Positions 16,756-27,772 of a stretch of DNA of 64,000 nt are shown one piece after another (position 1 is the first letter of the stretch; every line of letters begins with the position of its first letter). Origin of the DNA: an uncultured Arcobacter sp. Its GTDB lineage: Bacteria; Campylobacterota; Campylobacteria; Campylobacterales; Arcobacteraceae. The position numbers and the translations under genes were made by a program. Location of the stretch: assembly GCA_965305115.1 (NCBI GenBank), contig CBDLOJ010000007.1, positions 29,723-93,722 of the forward strand, read 5' to 3'. Under the pieces are notes generated by a model. The model was not told where the DNA came from. It saw only the letters and a program-made list of their open reading frames with translations, and searched no databases.

Positions 16756-16977
16756 TTATTTATTTTTCTTTCGAGAAGCTTTTGCAGCTTTAGCTTTTTT
16801 CTTCGCTTTTGCTTTGTTAAAACTAGCCGCTTTTCGTGCGTTGATTACTTGTTCTTCTTGATTTTTTTCTTGAGAGTAAGCAACGCGAGTAGCATTTTTA
16901 TTCTGGTTCCCCTGTAATGCTAACTTATCACCTTTTTTTGTTTGTACGCTTGAAATATTTAATTCTTTACCAGCCAT
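16756..16977 (-). CDS. Small basic Lys/Ala-rich protein
   Basis: 73-aa ORF with an AAGG RBS and the C-terminus KAKAKKKAKAAKASRKKNK. Confidence 0.5.
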   Translation of the reverse strand: MAGKELNISSVQTKKGDKLALQGNQNKNATRVAYSQEKNQEEQVINARKAASFNKAKAKKKAKAAKASRKKNK

Positions 16978-17090
16978 TTGTTAACCTTGTTTTTTAAGTT
17001 CGGTATTGTAGTAAAATCTTGATAAAAAAATCGAAAAGTTCACTTAGAAATAAAAAAACTGAAAACAAGGATTAAAGAGTATGACAGGTT

Positions 17091-17312
17091 TCAATTGGTT
17101 AAGAATTCATAAGTAGGTTTCATTTTGGTAAAAAGATATTGGGCATCTATAAGGACAGATTCTAAAACAAAAGGGTCTTTAACACCAAGAATTCTTTCAG
17201 GTGAGTTTTCAAACTCACTCATATCAATACCACTTTCAATACTTGGTCTCATATATGCCAAAGTAGCTAAATAGTTACTCCCATCTTTAGACGTATAAAC
17301 ATCTACATCCAT
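17091..17312 (-). CDS. Hypothetical small protein
   Basis: 73-aa ORF. No motif recognised. Confidence 0.4.
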   Translation of the reverse strand: MDVDVYTSKDGSNYLATLAYMRPSIESGIDMSEFENSPERILGVKDPFVLESVLIDAQYLFTKMKPTYEFLTN

Positions 17313-17597
17313 ATAAAATCTTTAATTCATTTAGAAATACCATTGTATCCCATAGCGTCCCAAAGGACTCTTATGTATTATTGTTTCTTTTAGTGTAGAT
17401 TAAAAAAGTTCCCATTTGAAGTCTAATCCCTATTTTAGAAGTAATGGGGAAGAGGTATTGAAAAGTGGAAATTCATCACCTGACTCCTAATTTCTAATTT
17501 TAATTTTCAAAGATAGTTTACTGTTATCAAGTGAAAAATATAATTATATTACGATATATCAATCTTATGTTATACTGTAATAACAAAGGACTTTACA

Positions 17598-18821
17598 ATG
17601 GAAACAGAAAATAAAGTCACCCTAAAAAGAGATATCTCTTTATACCTTCTTATATTTTATGGCCTTGGGAACATCTTAGGTGCTGGCATTTATGTACTTG
17701 TTGGAAAAATTGCTGGTATCTCTGGTATTTTTGCTCCTATTTCATTTATAGTTGCTTGTATTGTTGTTTTATTTACGGCTTTGAGTTATTCTGAATTATC
17801 TGCAAGATTTCCATATAGTGCAGGAGAAGCTCTTTATGCGAAACATGCCTTTAACTCAAAATATATATCAATATTTATAGGTATTATAATTGCACTTAGT
17901 GGTATTTTATCAAGTGCAACAATTATTCATGGGTTCAATGGATACATCTCTAATTTTTTTGATTTACCTTCAACCTTAACGGCGATTCTACTACTGAGTA
18001 TTTTAACAATTGTTGCAATATTAGGCATTGGGAAATCAGTAAAGTTTGCAACAATCTTAACACTAGTGGAGATTTTTGGTCTACTTATTATTGTTTTTGT
18101 AGGTGTTGAAAATATTGAATTTAAAAATGTCGAAATAAAAGCGTTTATTCCCTCTTTTGAAATATCTATTTGGTACACAATCTCACTTGGAGCATTTTTA
18201 GCTTTTTATGCATTTATTGGTTTTGAAGATATGGTAAATGTAGCAGAAGAAGTAAAAGAACCAGAAAAAAACATGCCAAAAGCTATAATTATAACTTTAA
18301 TTGTTTCAACTACTTTATATATTCTAGTTGCAACAATCTCTGTACTAGCAATAGCTCCTGAAATATTATCAAAAAGTGATGCTCCACTTGCTGATGTATA
18401 TAGAACGCTTACAAACAAAGAGCCTATCATATTAAGTATTATTGGAATGTTTGCAGTTATTAATGGTGCTTTGATACAAATAATTATGGTTTCAAGATTA
18501 CTTTATGGGATGGGAATGAATAAATGGATTCCCTCAATTTTTACAAAGATAAATGAAAGAACAAGAACGCCAATAATCGCTACAGTTTTTGCTTCTGTAG
18601 TTATTTTAATTTTTACTTTATGGCTTCCAATTGTAACTCTTGCTAGTCTTACAAGTTTTTTTATATTTATAGTATTTACACTAATGAATCTTGCATTAAT
18701 TAAAATCAAACTTAAAAGTCCTACACCTGAAGGTATTATAAATATTCCTTTTTGGATACCAACACTTGGAATAATTGTAAACTTAGTACTTCTATGTATT
18801 CAAATATTTTCAGTAGTTTAA
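17598..18821 (+). CDS. APC-superfamily amino acid permease
   Basis: 407-aa ORF with about 11-12 TM segments. GLGNILGAGIYVLVG and FIGFED are typical of amino acid transporters. Confidence 0.8.
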   Translation: METENKVTLKRDISLYLLIFYGLGNILGAGIYVLVGKIAGISGIFAPISFIVACIVVLFTALSYSELSARFPYSAGEALYAKHAFNSKYISIFIGIIIALSGILSSATIIHGFNGYISNFFDLPSTLTAILLLSILTIVAILGIGKSVKFATILTLVEIFGLLIIVFVGVENIEFKNVEIKAFIPSFEISIWYTISLGAFLAFYAFIGFEDMVNVAEEVKEPEKNMPKAIIITLIVSTTLYILVATISVLAIAPEILSKSDAPLADVYRTLTNKEPIILSIIGMFAVINGALIQIIMVSRLLYGMGMNKWIPSIFTKINERTRTPIIATVFASVVILIFTLWLPIVTLASLTSFFIFIVFTLMNLALIKIKLKSPTPEGIINIPFWIPTLGIIVNLVLLCIQIFSVV

Positions 18822-19048
18822 ATACTTATTTGAGGCTTAATAATAAATAATATAGACAACAAGATATTCATTTACTAATTTCAATTTTAAACTTTTATAA
18901 TTATAATTCCGAGAACAGGATACTTATTTGACCATTTAATTAATTAGGTAAACTGTCCCCGGAATTTACAAACACAAGGTTATAAACAAATATTACATTA
19001 GATTTACATATATTTTTACTATGATAATATAAACTAAAAGGGAAACTA

Positions 19049-19213
19049 ATGTTTGAATTTATAGCGTTACTATCTTTTACATTATCTGGAGTAATTATCT
19101 ACTTTATTCAAAAGAAAAAAGCAGAAAATAGAAGAAAAGAAAGTCAATTTACACCAACTCGTCAAAAAGATATAAAGAAAGCAAAGAAAAAGGATAGAAG
19201 AGAAATTGAATAG
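19049..19213 (+). CDS. Possible 54-aa single-pass membrane mini-protein with basic tail
   Basis: Not in the track. An AAGGGA RBS lies 6 nt upstream of the ATG. It reads MFEFIALLSFTLSGVIIYFIQKKKAENRRKESQFTPTRQKDIKKAKKKDRREIE. Confidence 0.4.
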   Translation: MFEFIALLSFTLSGVIIYFIQKKKAENRRKESQFTPTRQKDIKKAKKKDRREIE

Positions 19214-19253
19214 TGAATAGTGAATAGTGAATAGTGAATAGTGAATAGTGAAA
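19207..19253. repeat. Heptanucleotide tandem repeat (TGAATAG)x6 plus a partial unit
   Basis: Read directly from the sequence. Six perfect units span 19207-19248, followed by TGAAA. Confidence 0.95.
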
Positions 19254-19283
19254 GCTTGACAAACTTTTTTAAGTTGTCAAGCT
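19253..19283. terminator. Hairpin between convergent genes
   Basis: AGCTTGACAAACTT-TTTT-AAGTTGTCAAGCT forms a 13-bp stem with one bulge. Confidence 0.5.
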
Positions 19284-19328
19284 AAAAGTGGAAATTCAAC
19301 CAGAGAAGTGTAAATTAAATTTAAGTCA

Positions 19329-19838
19329 TCATTGATCTACTTTAAATTTTGGTATATCAAAGCCCTTTTTTTCTAATAAATCTAATACATCACCATAACC
19401 ATTCAAAATTTTTGAAAGTCTTATCTTTTCATCAGATTTAAATTTTAGTACATACCAACCTGCGAGATCACTTACTTCAACTTTTTCAAAATCATTCCAT
19501 GAAAGAACTTTTTTTCCATTCCAAGGAGTAGAAAAGGTAATGCTATTTTCATCAAAAGTTCCTTTTACTTTAAAATACTCTAATAATGAGTAACTTGCAA
19601 CAACTAAAAAAACTAAAACTATTGGGAGTAATATTAATACGTCAGAAATGTTCTCCCAAACCTTAGTTACGTAACCTAAAAAAACTAAACCTAAAATGGC
19701 AAGTAGTGCACCTGTTGCTACTATTATTGGTACATAACCATGTTTAATTTCACCATAAACACTACCTTTTCTCTCTTTTTTAGAAAAAAATGCAATTAAT
19801 GCTGCCGCAATTAAGCCTCCAATAATACCAGCTTCCAT
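19329..19838 (-). CDS. Hypothetical membrane protein
   Basis: 169-aa ORF with three hydrophobic segments followed by a soluble C-terminal domain. Confidence 0.5.
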   Translation of the reverse strand: MEAGIIGGLIAAALIAFFSKKERKGSVYGEIKHGYVPIIVATGALLAILGLVFLGYVTKVWENISDVLILLPIVLVFLVVASYSLLEYFKVKGTFDENSITFSTPWNGKKVLSWNDFEKVEVSDLAGWYVLKFKSDEKIRLSKILNGYGDVLDLLEKKGFDIPKFKVDQ

Positions 19839-19948
19839 ATTGTTCCTTTAAATAATTTCTCTAACTATATTTATATTGCGTCACAGTTTCTGTCACAAAA
19901 GCAGAAAAATAAAAGAAATTTAGAAATTTATAATTTTGGATTTAAAAT

Positions 19949-20088
19949 AATATGCTTTTAGAGTATTAGGTTTTGAAGTCAACCAAGGCGAAGGGTTAAT
20001 TTTAAGCGGAGTGTACATGCAGTACATGAGCATTCAAATTCACTCTTCAACGAAGAGTGAATTTAAAAGGTGATGCTATAAAAGCATA

Positions 20089-20090
<2 letters not shown>
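19949..20090. repeat. Structured intergenic element, copy A (sister copy at 57490-57632)
   Basis: 12-bp complementary arms AATATGCTTTTA and TAAAAGCATATT flank the element. The core GGAGTGTAC...AGTACATGAGCATT is shared with copy B. A 13-bp perfect internal hairpin lies at 20036-20064. Confidence 0.6.
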
Positions 20091-21552
<1,462 letters not shown>

Positions 21553-21565
21553 TTAATTTTTTAAT

Positions 21566-22927
21566 TTATTTTTGGTAATTGACTTGTTTTTCTAAACTTA
21601 ATGCTCCATCAAACACGGTTTGTTCATCGTAAGCATTTCCTATTAACTGTAGCCCTACTGGCATTCCATTTTCAGCATTACATACAGGAAGTGAAATAGC
21701 TGGTAATCCTGCTAGGTTTACTGAAATAGTATAAATATCACTTAGGTACATCTCTAATGATGTTTTAAAGCTTCCAAACTCAGGTGCAGTTGTTGGAGCA
21801 ACTGGTGAAAGAATTAAATCAGCCTCGTTAAAGATAGCTTCATACTCATCTTTGATTAAGTGTCGCACCTTTTGTGCTTTAATGTAATATGCATCGTAGT
21901 AACCTGAACTTAATACAAATGAACCTAACATAATTCGTTTTTGTACTTCATCACCAAAACCTTCTGATTTTGTTTTTACGTACATCTCTTTTAGACCTGC
22001 GTCACCTTTGCGGTTTCCATATCGTACACCGTCTAGTCGCGCTAAATTTGCACTAGCTTCTGCCGTTGCTACAATATAGTATGAAGAAACAATTTTTGAT
22101 GTATCAACCATGTTTTTGTGAACAATTGTATGTCCAGCATCTTCTAATGCTTTAACCGCAACTTCAAAACCAGCTTTGATTTCATCACTTGCTTGTTCAA
22201 TGTAGTTATTAATAACAGCAATAGTTAATTTTCTATTACTATCTAGTTTTGGAGCTACGGGTTCAGACTCTACATTTGCAGAGGTTGAATCCATCACATC
22301 ATGACCTGAAATAATGTCATAAAGAATCGCTGCATCTTCAACATTTTGTGTAATTGGTCCAATTTGGTCCAATGATGATGAATAAGCACCTAAACCATAT
22401 CGAGATACTCTTCCATATGTTGGTTTCATACCCACACAACCACAATAAGCTGCTGGCTGTCTAATACTTCCACCAGTATCACTTCCTAGTGCTGCAATAG
22501 CAATACCCGCTGCAACTGCTGCGGCACTACCACCTGAACTTCCACCTGGAACTTTAGCGTTATCAATTGGATTAAGTGTTTTACCGTAACATGAAGATTC
22601 CGTTGAACTCCCCATAGCCATTTCATCCATATTTGTTTTACCAAATGGTGCAAGGCCTGCTTTTTCTAAGTTATTAATTACTGTTGCATTATATGGAGAT
22701 ATGTACCCTTTTAAGATATTACTTCCACCTGTTATTTCCCAGTTTTTAACATTGATATTATCTTTGATTGCAATAGGTATACCTGATCCAGCTTGGTTTA
22801 AATCACTTGATGTTAACTGCTCAACATACGCACCACAGTTATCTTCTTTAATTTTTGTTAATAAATCTTCTCGTAAGTTTTGAATTTCATTACTACTTAA
22901 AGACAAAGCCTCTTTTAATGTAACCAA
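21566..22927 (-). CDS. gatA: Glu-tRNA(Gln)/Asp-tRNA(Asn) amidotransferase subunit A
   Basis: 453-aa ORF with the amidase signature GGSSGGSAAAVAAG...GSDTGGSIRQPA. Confidence 0.95.
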   Translation of the reverse strand: MVTLKEALSLSSNEIQNLREDLLTKIKEDNCGAYVEQLTSSDLNQAGSGIPIAIKDNINVKNWEITGGSNILKGYISPYNATVINNLEKAGLAPFGKTNMDEMAMGSSTESSCYGKTLNPIDNAKVPGGSSGGSAAAVAAGIAIAALGSDTGGSIRQPAAYCGCVGMKPTYGRVSRYGLGAYSSSLDQIGPITQNVEDAAILYDIISGHDVMDSTSANVESEPVAPKLDSNRKLTIAVINNYIEQASDEIKAGFEVAVKALEDAGHTIVHKNMVDTSKIVSSYYIVATAEASANLARLDGVRYGNRKGDAGLKEMYVKTKSEGFGDEVQKRIMLGSFVLSSGYYDAYYIKAQKVRHLIKDEYEAIFNEADLILSPVAPTTAPEFGSFKTSLEMYLSDIYTISVNLAGLPAISLPVCNAENGMPVGLQLIGNAYDEQTVFDGALSLEKQVNYQK

Positions 22928-23101
22928 TGGATGCTCCTGTAAAAAAGTTTGTATAAAATATATATTATAATTAGCGTTGGATTATACCAAAATATTGATT
23001 AAAATTGCGCCTATTTTTTGAGTTATTTTTTTAAATTTTATAGATTATCTAAGAAGTAATATTTATAGTTTTGTTTGTTATTTTTTAGTTTTCTAGGTAT
23101 T

Positions 23102-23136
23102 AAAAAAGGGAAGAGAGTAACACCCTCTTCCCTTTT
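23102..23136 (-). terminator. Intrinsic terminator after rplQ
   Basis: The minus strand reads GGGAAGAGGG-TGTTA-CTCTCTTCCC followed by TTTTTT. Confidence 0.8.
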
Positions 23137-23161
23137 GCTCAATGTTAAATTAAATAATCAA

Positions 23162-23512
23162 TTATACGAATGAGATGAATGCCATTTGTGTAGCATCCCC
23201 TCTTCTGATTCTTGTTTTAACAATTGAAGTATATCCACCATTTCTACCTTCGTATTTTGGTGCGATTTCATTGATTAATTTTTTAGTAGCTTCTTTACAT
23301 TGTAATGCTGCGAAAATAGCTCTGTGAGTATTTAAGTCTGCATTTCTTGCTGTAGTTACTAATTTTTCAATGTGTCTTTTTAACTCTTTTGCTTTTGGTA
23401 CAGTTGTTTCGATCTTTTCTCTTTCGATGATTGCGATTGCCATATTTTTTAGCAATGCTTTTCTATGAGAAGAAGTTCTGTTTAACTTTCTATATCCGTG
23501 CTTATGTCTCAT
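23162..23512 (-). CDS. rplQ: 50S ribosomal protein L17
   Basis: [24 protein letters not shown] is the canonical L17 N-terminus. Confidence 0.97.
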   Translation of the reverse strand: MRHKHGYRKLNRTSSHRKALLKNMAIAIIEREKIETTVPKAKELKRHIEKLVTTARNADLNTHRAIFAALQCKEATKKLINEIAPKYEGRNGGYTSIVKTRIRRGDATQMAFISFV

Positions 23513-23524
23513 ATTAAACCCTTA

Positions 23525-24523
23525 TTATGCTTTAAACTGCTCTAGCTTTCTTCTTAAAGCTGATGCAACGTTTTCTGGAAGTGTATTTTCAATTGGGAAA
23601 CCAAGTGATTCTAATTTCTCTGAAATCTCATCAAATGATTTTTTACCAAGATTTTTAATATTTTTAACTTCAACTTCACTCATCAGTACTAATTCACCAA
23701 GGTATTTTAACCCTGCTCTATCTAAAGAGTTGAATGATCTAGCACTTAAGTTTAAGTCATCAATTTTTACAATTAAATCTTTTAATTCAACTGGTTCTTC
23801 ACCAGAATCATTAACTGTTACTTCAGATAAGTCAAATACTTTGTTAAATACTGACATTTGTGAGTACATAACAGAAACAGCTTCTTTAAACGCAGAAATA
23901 GGAGAAATTTGTCCATTTGTTTGTACGTTAAATACTGCTTTTTCGAAGTTTGGATTATCTTCAACTAACATTTTTTCAATATCATAAACTACTTTTTTTA
24001 CTGGTGTAAAGAATGCGTCTACTGGAATGTATTCGCTTCCTACCATATCTCTAATATCTTCAGATGGCATATAACCAATACCTCTTTGGATAATTACTGA
24101 GAATGTTAAGTTACAATCAGAGTTGATTGTTGCTAAGTGTACATCAGGACTAACAACTTCTACTTCAGAATTTGCTAAATCTGCACCCTTAATCTCTTTT
24201 GGTCCATCAAAAGAGTATTCAACTTCAACTTGATCTTCATCACCAATAATTTTAAATTTAATGTTTTTAAGATTAATAATAAAAATAGCAATATCTTCAA
24301 GCATACCTCTTAAAGAATCAAACTCGTGGCTTGCACCTTCGATCTTAACTGCGATTGGAGCGTATCCAACCGAGCTAGAAAGAAGAAGTCTTCTTAAAGG
24401 GTGCGCTAATGTAATTGCAAAACCACTTTCAAATGGATATGCAGAAATCTTAGCTTCAGTATCACTGATTGCTTCAATTTCAACTTCTGTTGGTAAAAAT
24501 GGAGTGTCTGCAAATTTTTTCAT
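23525..24523 (-). CDS. rpoA: DNA-directed RNA polymerase subunit alpha
   Basis: 332-aa ORF. LRRLLLSS and the C-terminal LNLSARSFNSL...GELV (alpha-CTD) are present. It sits in the S13-S11-S4-alpha-L17 order. Confidence 0.97.
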   Translation of the reverse strand: MKKFADTPFLPTEVEIEAISDTEAKISAYPFESGFAITLAHPLRRLLLSSSVGYAPIAVKIEGASHEFDSLRGMLEDIAIFIINLKNIKFKIIGDEDQVEVEYSFDGPKEIKGADLANSEVEVVSPDVHLATINSDCNLTFSVIIQRGIGYMPSEDIRDMVGSEYIPVDAFFTPVKKVVYDIEKMLVEDNPNFEKAVFNVQTNGQISPISAFKEAVSVMYSQMSVFNKVFDLSEVTVNDSGEEPVELKDLIVKIDDLNLSARSFNSLDRAGLKYLGELVLMSEVEVKNIKNLGKKSFDEISEKLESLGFPIENTLPENVASALRRKLEQFKA

Positions 24524-24542
24524 ACGCTGCTACCTTTATTTA

Positions 24543-25169
24543 TTATTTAGAATATAACTCTACGATTAATCTTTCTTCAACTGGAATAACTACTTCTTCT
24601 CTAGTAGGGATTCTAGTAAAAATACCAAATACTTTATCTTTATCTACGTCAACCCATTCAACCATACCAGTTTGGTTAGTTAATTCTAACGCTCTTACAA
24701 CTTGTGGGTTAGATTTAGATTTTTCTTTGATTTCAATTTTTTGACCAGGTCTTACAACGTAAGAAGGAATATCAACTTTCTTACCGTCTACTAAAACATG
24801 ACCGTGTGTTGTGAATTGTCTAGCGTTTGCTCTAGTTGAAGCAAATCCCATTCTATAAACAACGTTATCTAATCTTTGCTCAATTGAAGTAATAAGGTTT
24901 GACCCTGTGTTACCTTCGTGAGCTGCTGCTTTTTTAAAGTATTTTCTGAATTGTTTTTCAGATACACCGTAAAGGTATTTAGCTTTTTGTTTCTCTCTTA
25001 ACTGTAAACCGTACTCAGAGATTTTTGTTCGTCTTTGTCCGTGTTGTCCTGGAGGGAAAGGTCTTTTTTCTAATGCAGATTTTCCGTTAAGTCTTCTCTC
25101 ACCTTTTAATCCAAGGTCTGCATCCAATCTTCTTTCGATTTTTTCTACTGGTCCTCTATATCTTGCCAT
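24543..25169 (-). CDS. rpsD: 30S ribosomal protein S4
   Basis: [15 protein letters not shown]...LREKQK...[12 protein letters not shown]. Confidence 0.97.
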   Translation of the reverse strand: MARYRGPVEKIERRLDADLGLKGERRLNGKSALEKRPFPPGQHGQRRTKISEYGLQLREKQKAKYLYGVSEKQFRKYFKKAAAHEGNTGSNLITSIEQRLDNVVYRMGFASTRANARQFTTHGHVLVDGKKVDIPSYVVRPGQKIEIKEKSKSNPQVVRALELTNQTGMVEWVDVDKDKVFGIFTRIPTREEVVIPVEERLIVELYSK

Positions 25170-25179
25170 TACCTACTCC

Positions 25180-25572
25180 TTACACTCTTCTTCGTTTAGG
25201 AGGTCTACAACCATTATGAGGTAGTGGTGTAACATCCTTTAACCAAGTTACTCTAACTCCGTCCATAGCACCAACAGATTTAACTGCAGTGTCTCGTCCA
25301 GAACCAGGTCCTTGAATTTTGATTCCAACATTTTTAATTCCATGTTCCATTGCTTTTTGCATAGCGTCTTCAACAGCAGCTTGTGCAGCAAATGGAGTAG
25401 ATTTTTTAGAACCTTTAAATCCTAAGTTTCCAGCAGATGACCATGCGATTGCATTACCAGCATTATCAGTTACTGTTACCATTGTATTATTAAACGTTGC
25501 CGCAATATGTACGATACCGTCAGCAATATTCTTTTTTACTATTTTTTTTCTAGTTACTTTTCTTTTTGCCAT
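25180..25572 (-). CDS. rpsK: 30S ribosomal protein S11
   Basis: [20 protein letters not shown]...[17 protein letters not shown]. Confidence 0.97.
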   Translation of the reverse strand: MAKRKVTRKKIVKKNIADGIVHIAATFNNTMVTVTDNAGNAIAWSSAGNLGFKGSKKSTPFAAQAAVEDAMQKAMEHGIKNVGIKIQGPGSGRDTAVKSVGAMDGVRVTWLKDVTPLPHNGCRPPKRRRV

Positions 25573-25581
25573 CGTTAATCC

Positions 25582-25944
25582 TTATGCTGCACCAACAGTT
25601 CTTTTTTTACCTTTTCTTGTTCGAGCATTAGTTTTAGTCTTTTGCCCTCTACATGGTAAACCTTTTCTGTGTCTTAAACCTCGGTATGAACCTAAATCCA
25701 TAAGTGATTTAATATCCATCGCAACTTTCTTTCGAAGATCACCCTCAACCATATAGTTCTTTTGGATCTCTTGTCTAATTGTCGCTGCTTCATCTTCTGT
25801 TAACTCGTGAGCTCTTTTGTTTCTGTCAATTCCAACAGCATCTAAGATTAATCTTGAGTTATGTAAACCGATACCATAGATGTACGTTAATGCGTACTCC
25901 ATTCTCTTTTTGTTTGGTAAATCAACACCTGCAATTCTAGCCAT
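25582..25944 (-). CDS. rpsM: 30S ribosomal protein S13
   Basis: [23 protein letters not shown]. Confidence 0.97.
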   Translation of the reverse strand: MARIAGVDLPNKKRMEYALTYIYGIGLHNSRLILDAVGIDRNKRAHELTEDEAATIRQEIQKNYMVEGDLRKKVAMDIKSLMDLGSYRGLRHRKGLPCRGQKTKTNARTRKGKKRTVGAA

Positions 25945-25949
25945 ATTGC

Positions 25950-26063
25950 TTATCCTTGTCTTTGTTTGTGTTTTTTAGTTTCGCAGATAACTCTAACGAC
26001 ACCTTTTCTTTTGACAATCTTACATTTGTCACACATTTTCTTAACTGAAGCTCTTACTTTCAT
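25950..26063 (-). CDS. rpmJ: 50S ribosomal protein L36
   Basis: Not in the track (37 aa). The reverse-strand translation is [37 protein letters not shown], with an AAGGA RBS upstream. Confidence 0.93.
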   Translation of the reverse strand: MKVRASVKKMCDKCKIVKRKGVVRVICETKKHKQRQG

Positions 26064-26326
26064 AAAAAGTCCTTCTTTTGTGTATTTTTACCACTTTAAC
26101 AACAGGCATGAACGTTGCTGTTCATATTAGCCATTCATACCAACTCTTTAGCAAATCACAAATTATTTGGTAAAAAATTCTTTTATGGTTGAAAAAATGG
26201 ATTTGGATTATATTTAATTTTTGCTTAAATAAACTTGAATCTACTACTAAAGGCCATATTTTATCCTTTTAGGCACTTTTATAATGTTTTTGATAAAATC
26301 ATAATAATAAATTTAAAAGAGTAAAA

Positions 26327-26692
26327 ATGAGTATTATCTATAGTAATGAATTAATAAAAATAGAGATTGAAAGTAGTGAAATTCCTTGGTTAAAAATATT
26401 TACCCAAGAGGCCTACAAAGAGTTTAGCCAATGTCCATCAGAAGTTAAAACAGAGATATTTAGGTTATTAGATGTTATTGAAAAAGAGATGTTGGAGTAT
26501 TATCAAACATGCGAGAAAATAAATATCGCTTCTTTTGGAAATTATGTACCCCATGTTCATTTTCATATTATGGCACGATTTAAAGAGGATTCTTATTTTC
26601 CTGAGCCCATGTGGGGCAAAAAACAGCGTGAGGCAAATTTAGAGTTGCCCGACTTTGATAGATTTATATCCCAGTTACAAAAGAAGCTTTAA
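26327..26692 (+). CDS. HIT-family protein
   Basis: 121-aa ORF with the histidine triad HVHFHIMAR. Confidence 0.8.
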   Translation: MSIIYSNELIKIEIESSEIPWLKIFTQEAYKEFSQCPSEVKTEIFRLLDVIEKEMLEYYQTCEKINIASFGNYVPHVHFHIMARFKEDSYFPEPMWGKKQREANLELPDFDRFISQLQKKL

Positions 26693-26704
26693 ACTTCTTT
26701 TGTT

Positions 26705-27631
26705 TTAACCGTCGTTGTTAATTTTAGTAATTAACTCTTTGAGTACATCTTCACATTTATCGTGGTCAATTTGACAACCGCCTGCGGCTTGATGTCCACC
26801 ACCACCATAAGATAACATCAACTCACCAACATTCGTTTTTGATGATTTATTAATAATTGATTTCCCTGTTGAGAAAACAACATTTTGTTTATCTTTTCCC
26901 CAAACAGCATGAATAGAAATATTTGTATCTGGATAAAGGGCATAAATTAAAAATCGGTTTCCAGGATAGATAATCGTTTCATCACGATAATCAATAATCA
27001 CTAAATTATCGTGTATGGTTGAACATCGATGTAATTGCTCTTCGAATTCATCTTCATATTTTAAATACAAGTCAACACGCTCTTTTACATCTGGTAGTGC
27101 TAATATTTCTGAGATATCATGGTCTTTACAATAGTCAATTAAATCCATCATTAATTGATAGTTTGAAACAGTAAACTCTCTAAATCTTCCAAGACCTGTT
27201 CGTGAATCCATTAAAAAGCTAAGTAAATCCCAACCTCTTGGATTTAAAATATCATCTTTTGAAAAAGCAGCACTATCAGCTTTGTTTGCTGCGTCCATTA
27301 AATCAGTAAATCGTGGTGGAAACTTAGAACTTGCTCCATAATATTGGTAAACAACTTCTGCGGCACTTGGGGCGTCAGGGTCAATAATATGATTATCTTG
27401 TTTTTCGTTACGCAAGGTTTCACTAAAGTGGTGATCAAAAGCTAAAAAAACCCCATCCACATAAGGAAGGTTAGTTGTTATATCACTTCCTGTTATTTCA
27501 ACTTTACCATCTTGCATATCTTTTGGGTGAACAAAAGTAATTTCATCAACAATGTCTAGGTATTTCAATAAAGTACCACAAACTAATCCATCCATATCAC
27601 TTCGTGTGACTAATCTATATTTTTTATCCAT
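26705..27631 (-). CDS. DHH/DHHA1-family phosphoesterase (exopolyphosphatase-related)
   Basis: 308-aa ORF with RSDMDGL, AFDHH and a C-terminal GGGGHQAAGG (DHHA1 GGGH motif). Confidence 0.7.
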   Translation of the reverse strand: MDKKYRLVTRSDMDGLVCGTLLKYLDIVDEITFVHPKDMQDGKVEITGSDITTNLPYVDGVFLAFDHHFSETLRNEKQDNHIIDPDAPSAAEVVYQYYGASSKFPPRFTDLMDAANKADSAAFSKDDILNPRGWDLLSFLMDSRTGLGRFREFTVSNYQLMMDLIDYCKDHDISEILALPDVKERVDLYLKYEDEFEEQLHRCSTIHDNLVIIDYRDETIIYPGNRFLIYALYPDTNISIHAVWGKDKQNVVFSTGKSIINKSSKTNVGELMLSYGGGGHQAAGGCQIDHDKCEDVLKELITKINNDG

Positions 27632-27728
27632 ATCACCATTCCACTAGTAAATTTGAAATATTCTATCATGATTAGAATAAATAAGTTATTTAAAAAAGAA
27701 AAAAATTGATTTAATTTTTATTAGGAGG

Positions 27729-27756
27729 AAAAAAATGGAGCCAAAGAGAGGCTCCA
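27729..27756 (-). terminator. Intrinsic terminator after leuB
   Basis: The minus strand reads TGGAGCC-TCTCTTT-GGCTCCA followed by TTTTTTT. Confidence 0.75.
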
Positions 27757-27772
27757 CTTTATAAAATATTAG

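Noticed and set aside
17313-17597. Possible riboswitch in the 285-nt leader of the amino acid permease gene (slightly GC-richer; TTCCCATT...AATGGGGAA stem)
   Set aside because: I could not match it to lysine, glycine or other amino acid riboswitch consensus elements. It has only one imperfect long-range stem. It needs cmscan before any claim.
19880-19897. GTCACA-N6-GTCACA direct repeat upstream of the 19329..19838 gene
   Set aside because: It consists of only two hexamers and I noticed no second occurrence in the window. It could easily be chance.
26064-26326. Absence of infA upstream of rpmJ, and overlapping small hairpins in the rpmJ-rpsM leader (possible S4 autoregulatory structure)
   Set aside because: Separation of the rpmJ-rplQ cluster from the spc cluster appears normal for Campylobacterota. 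The hairpins are only 5-6 bp and mutually exclusive, which is too weak to call by eye.
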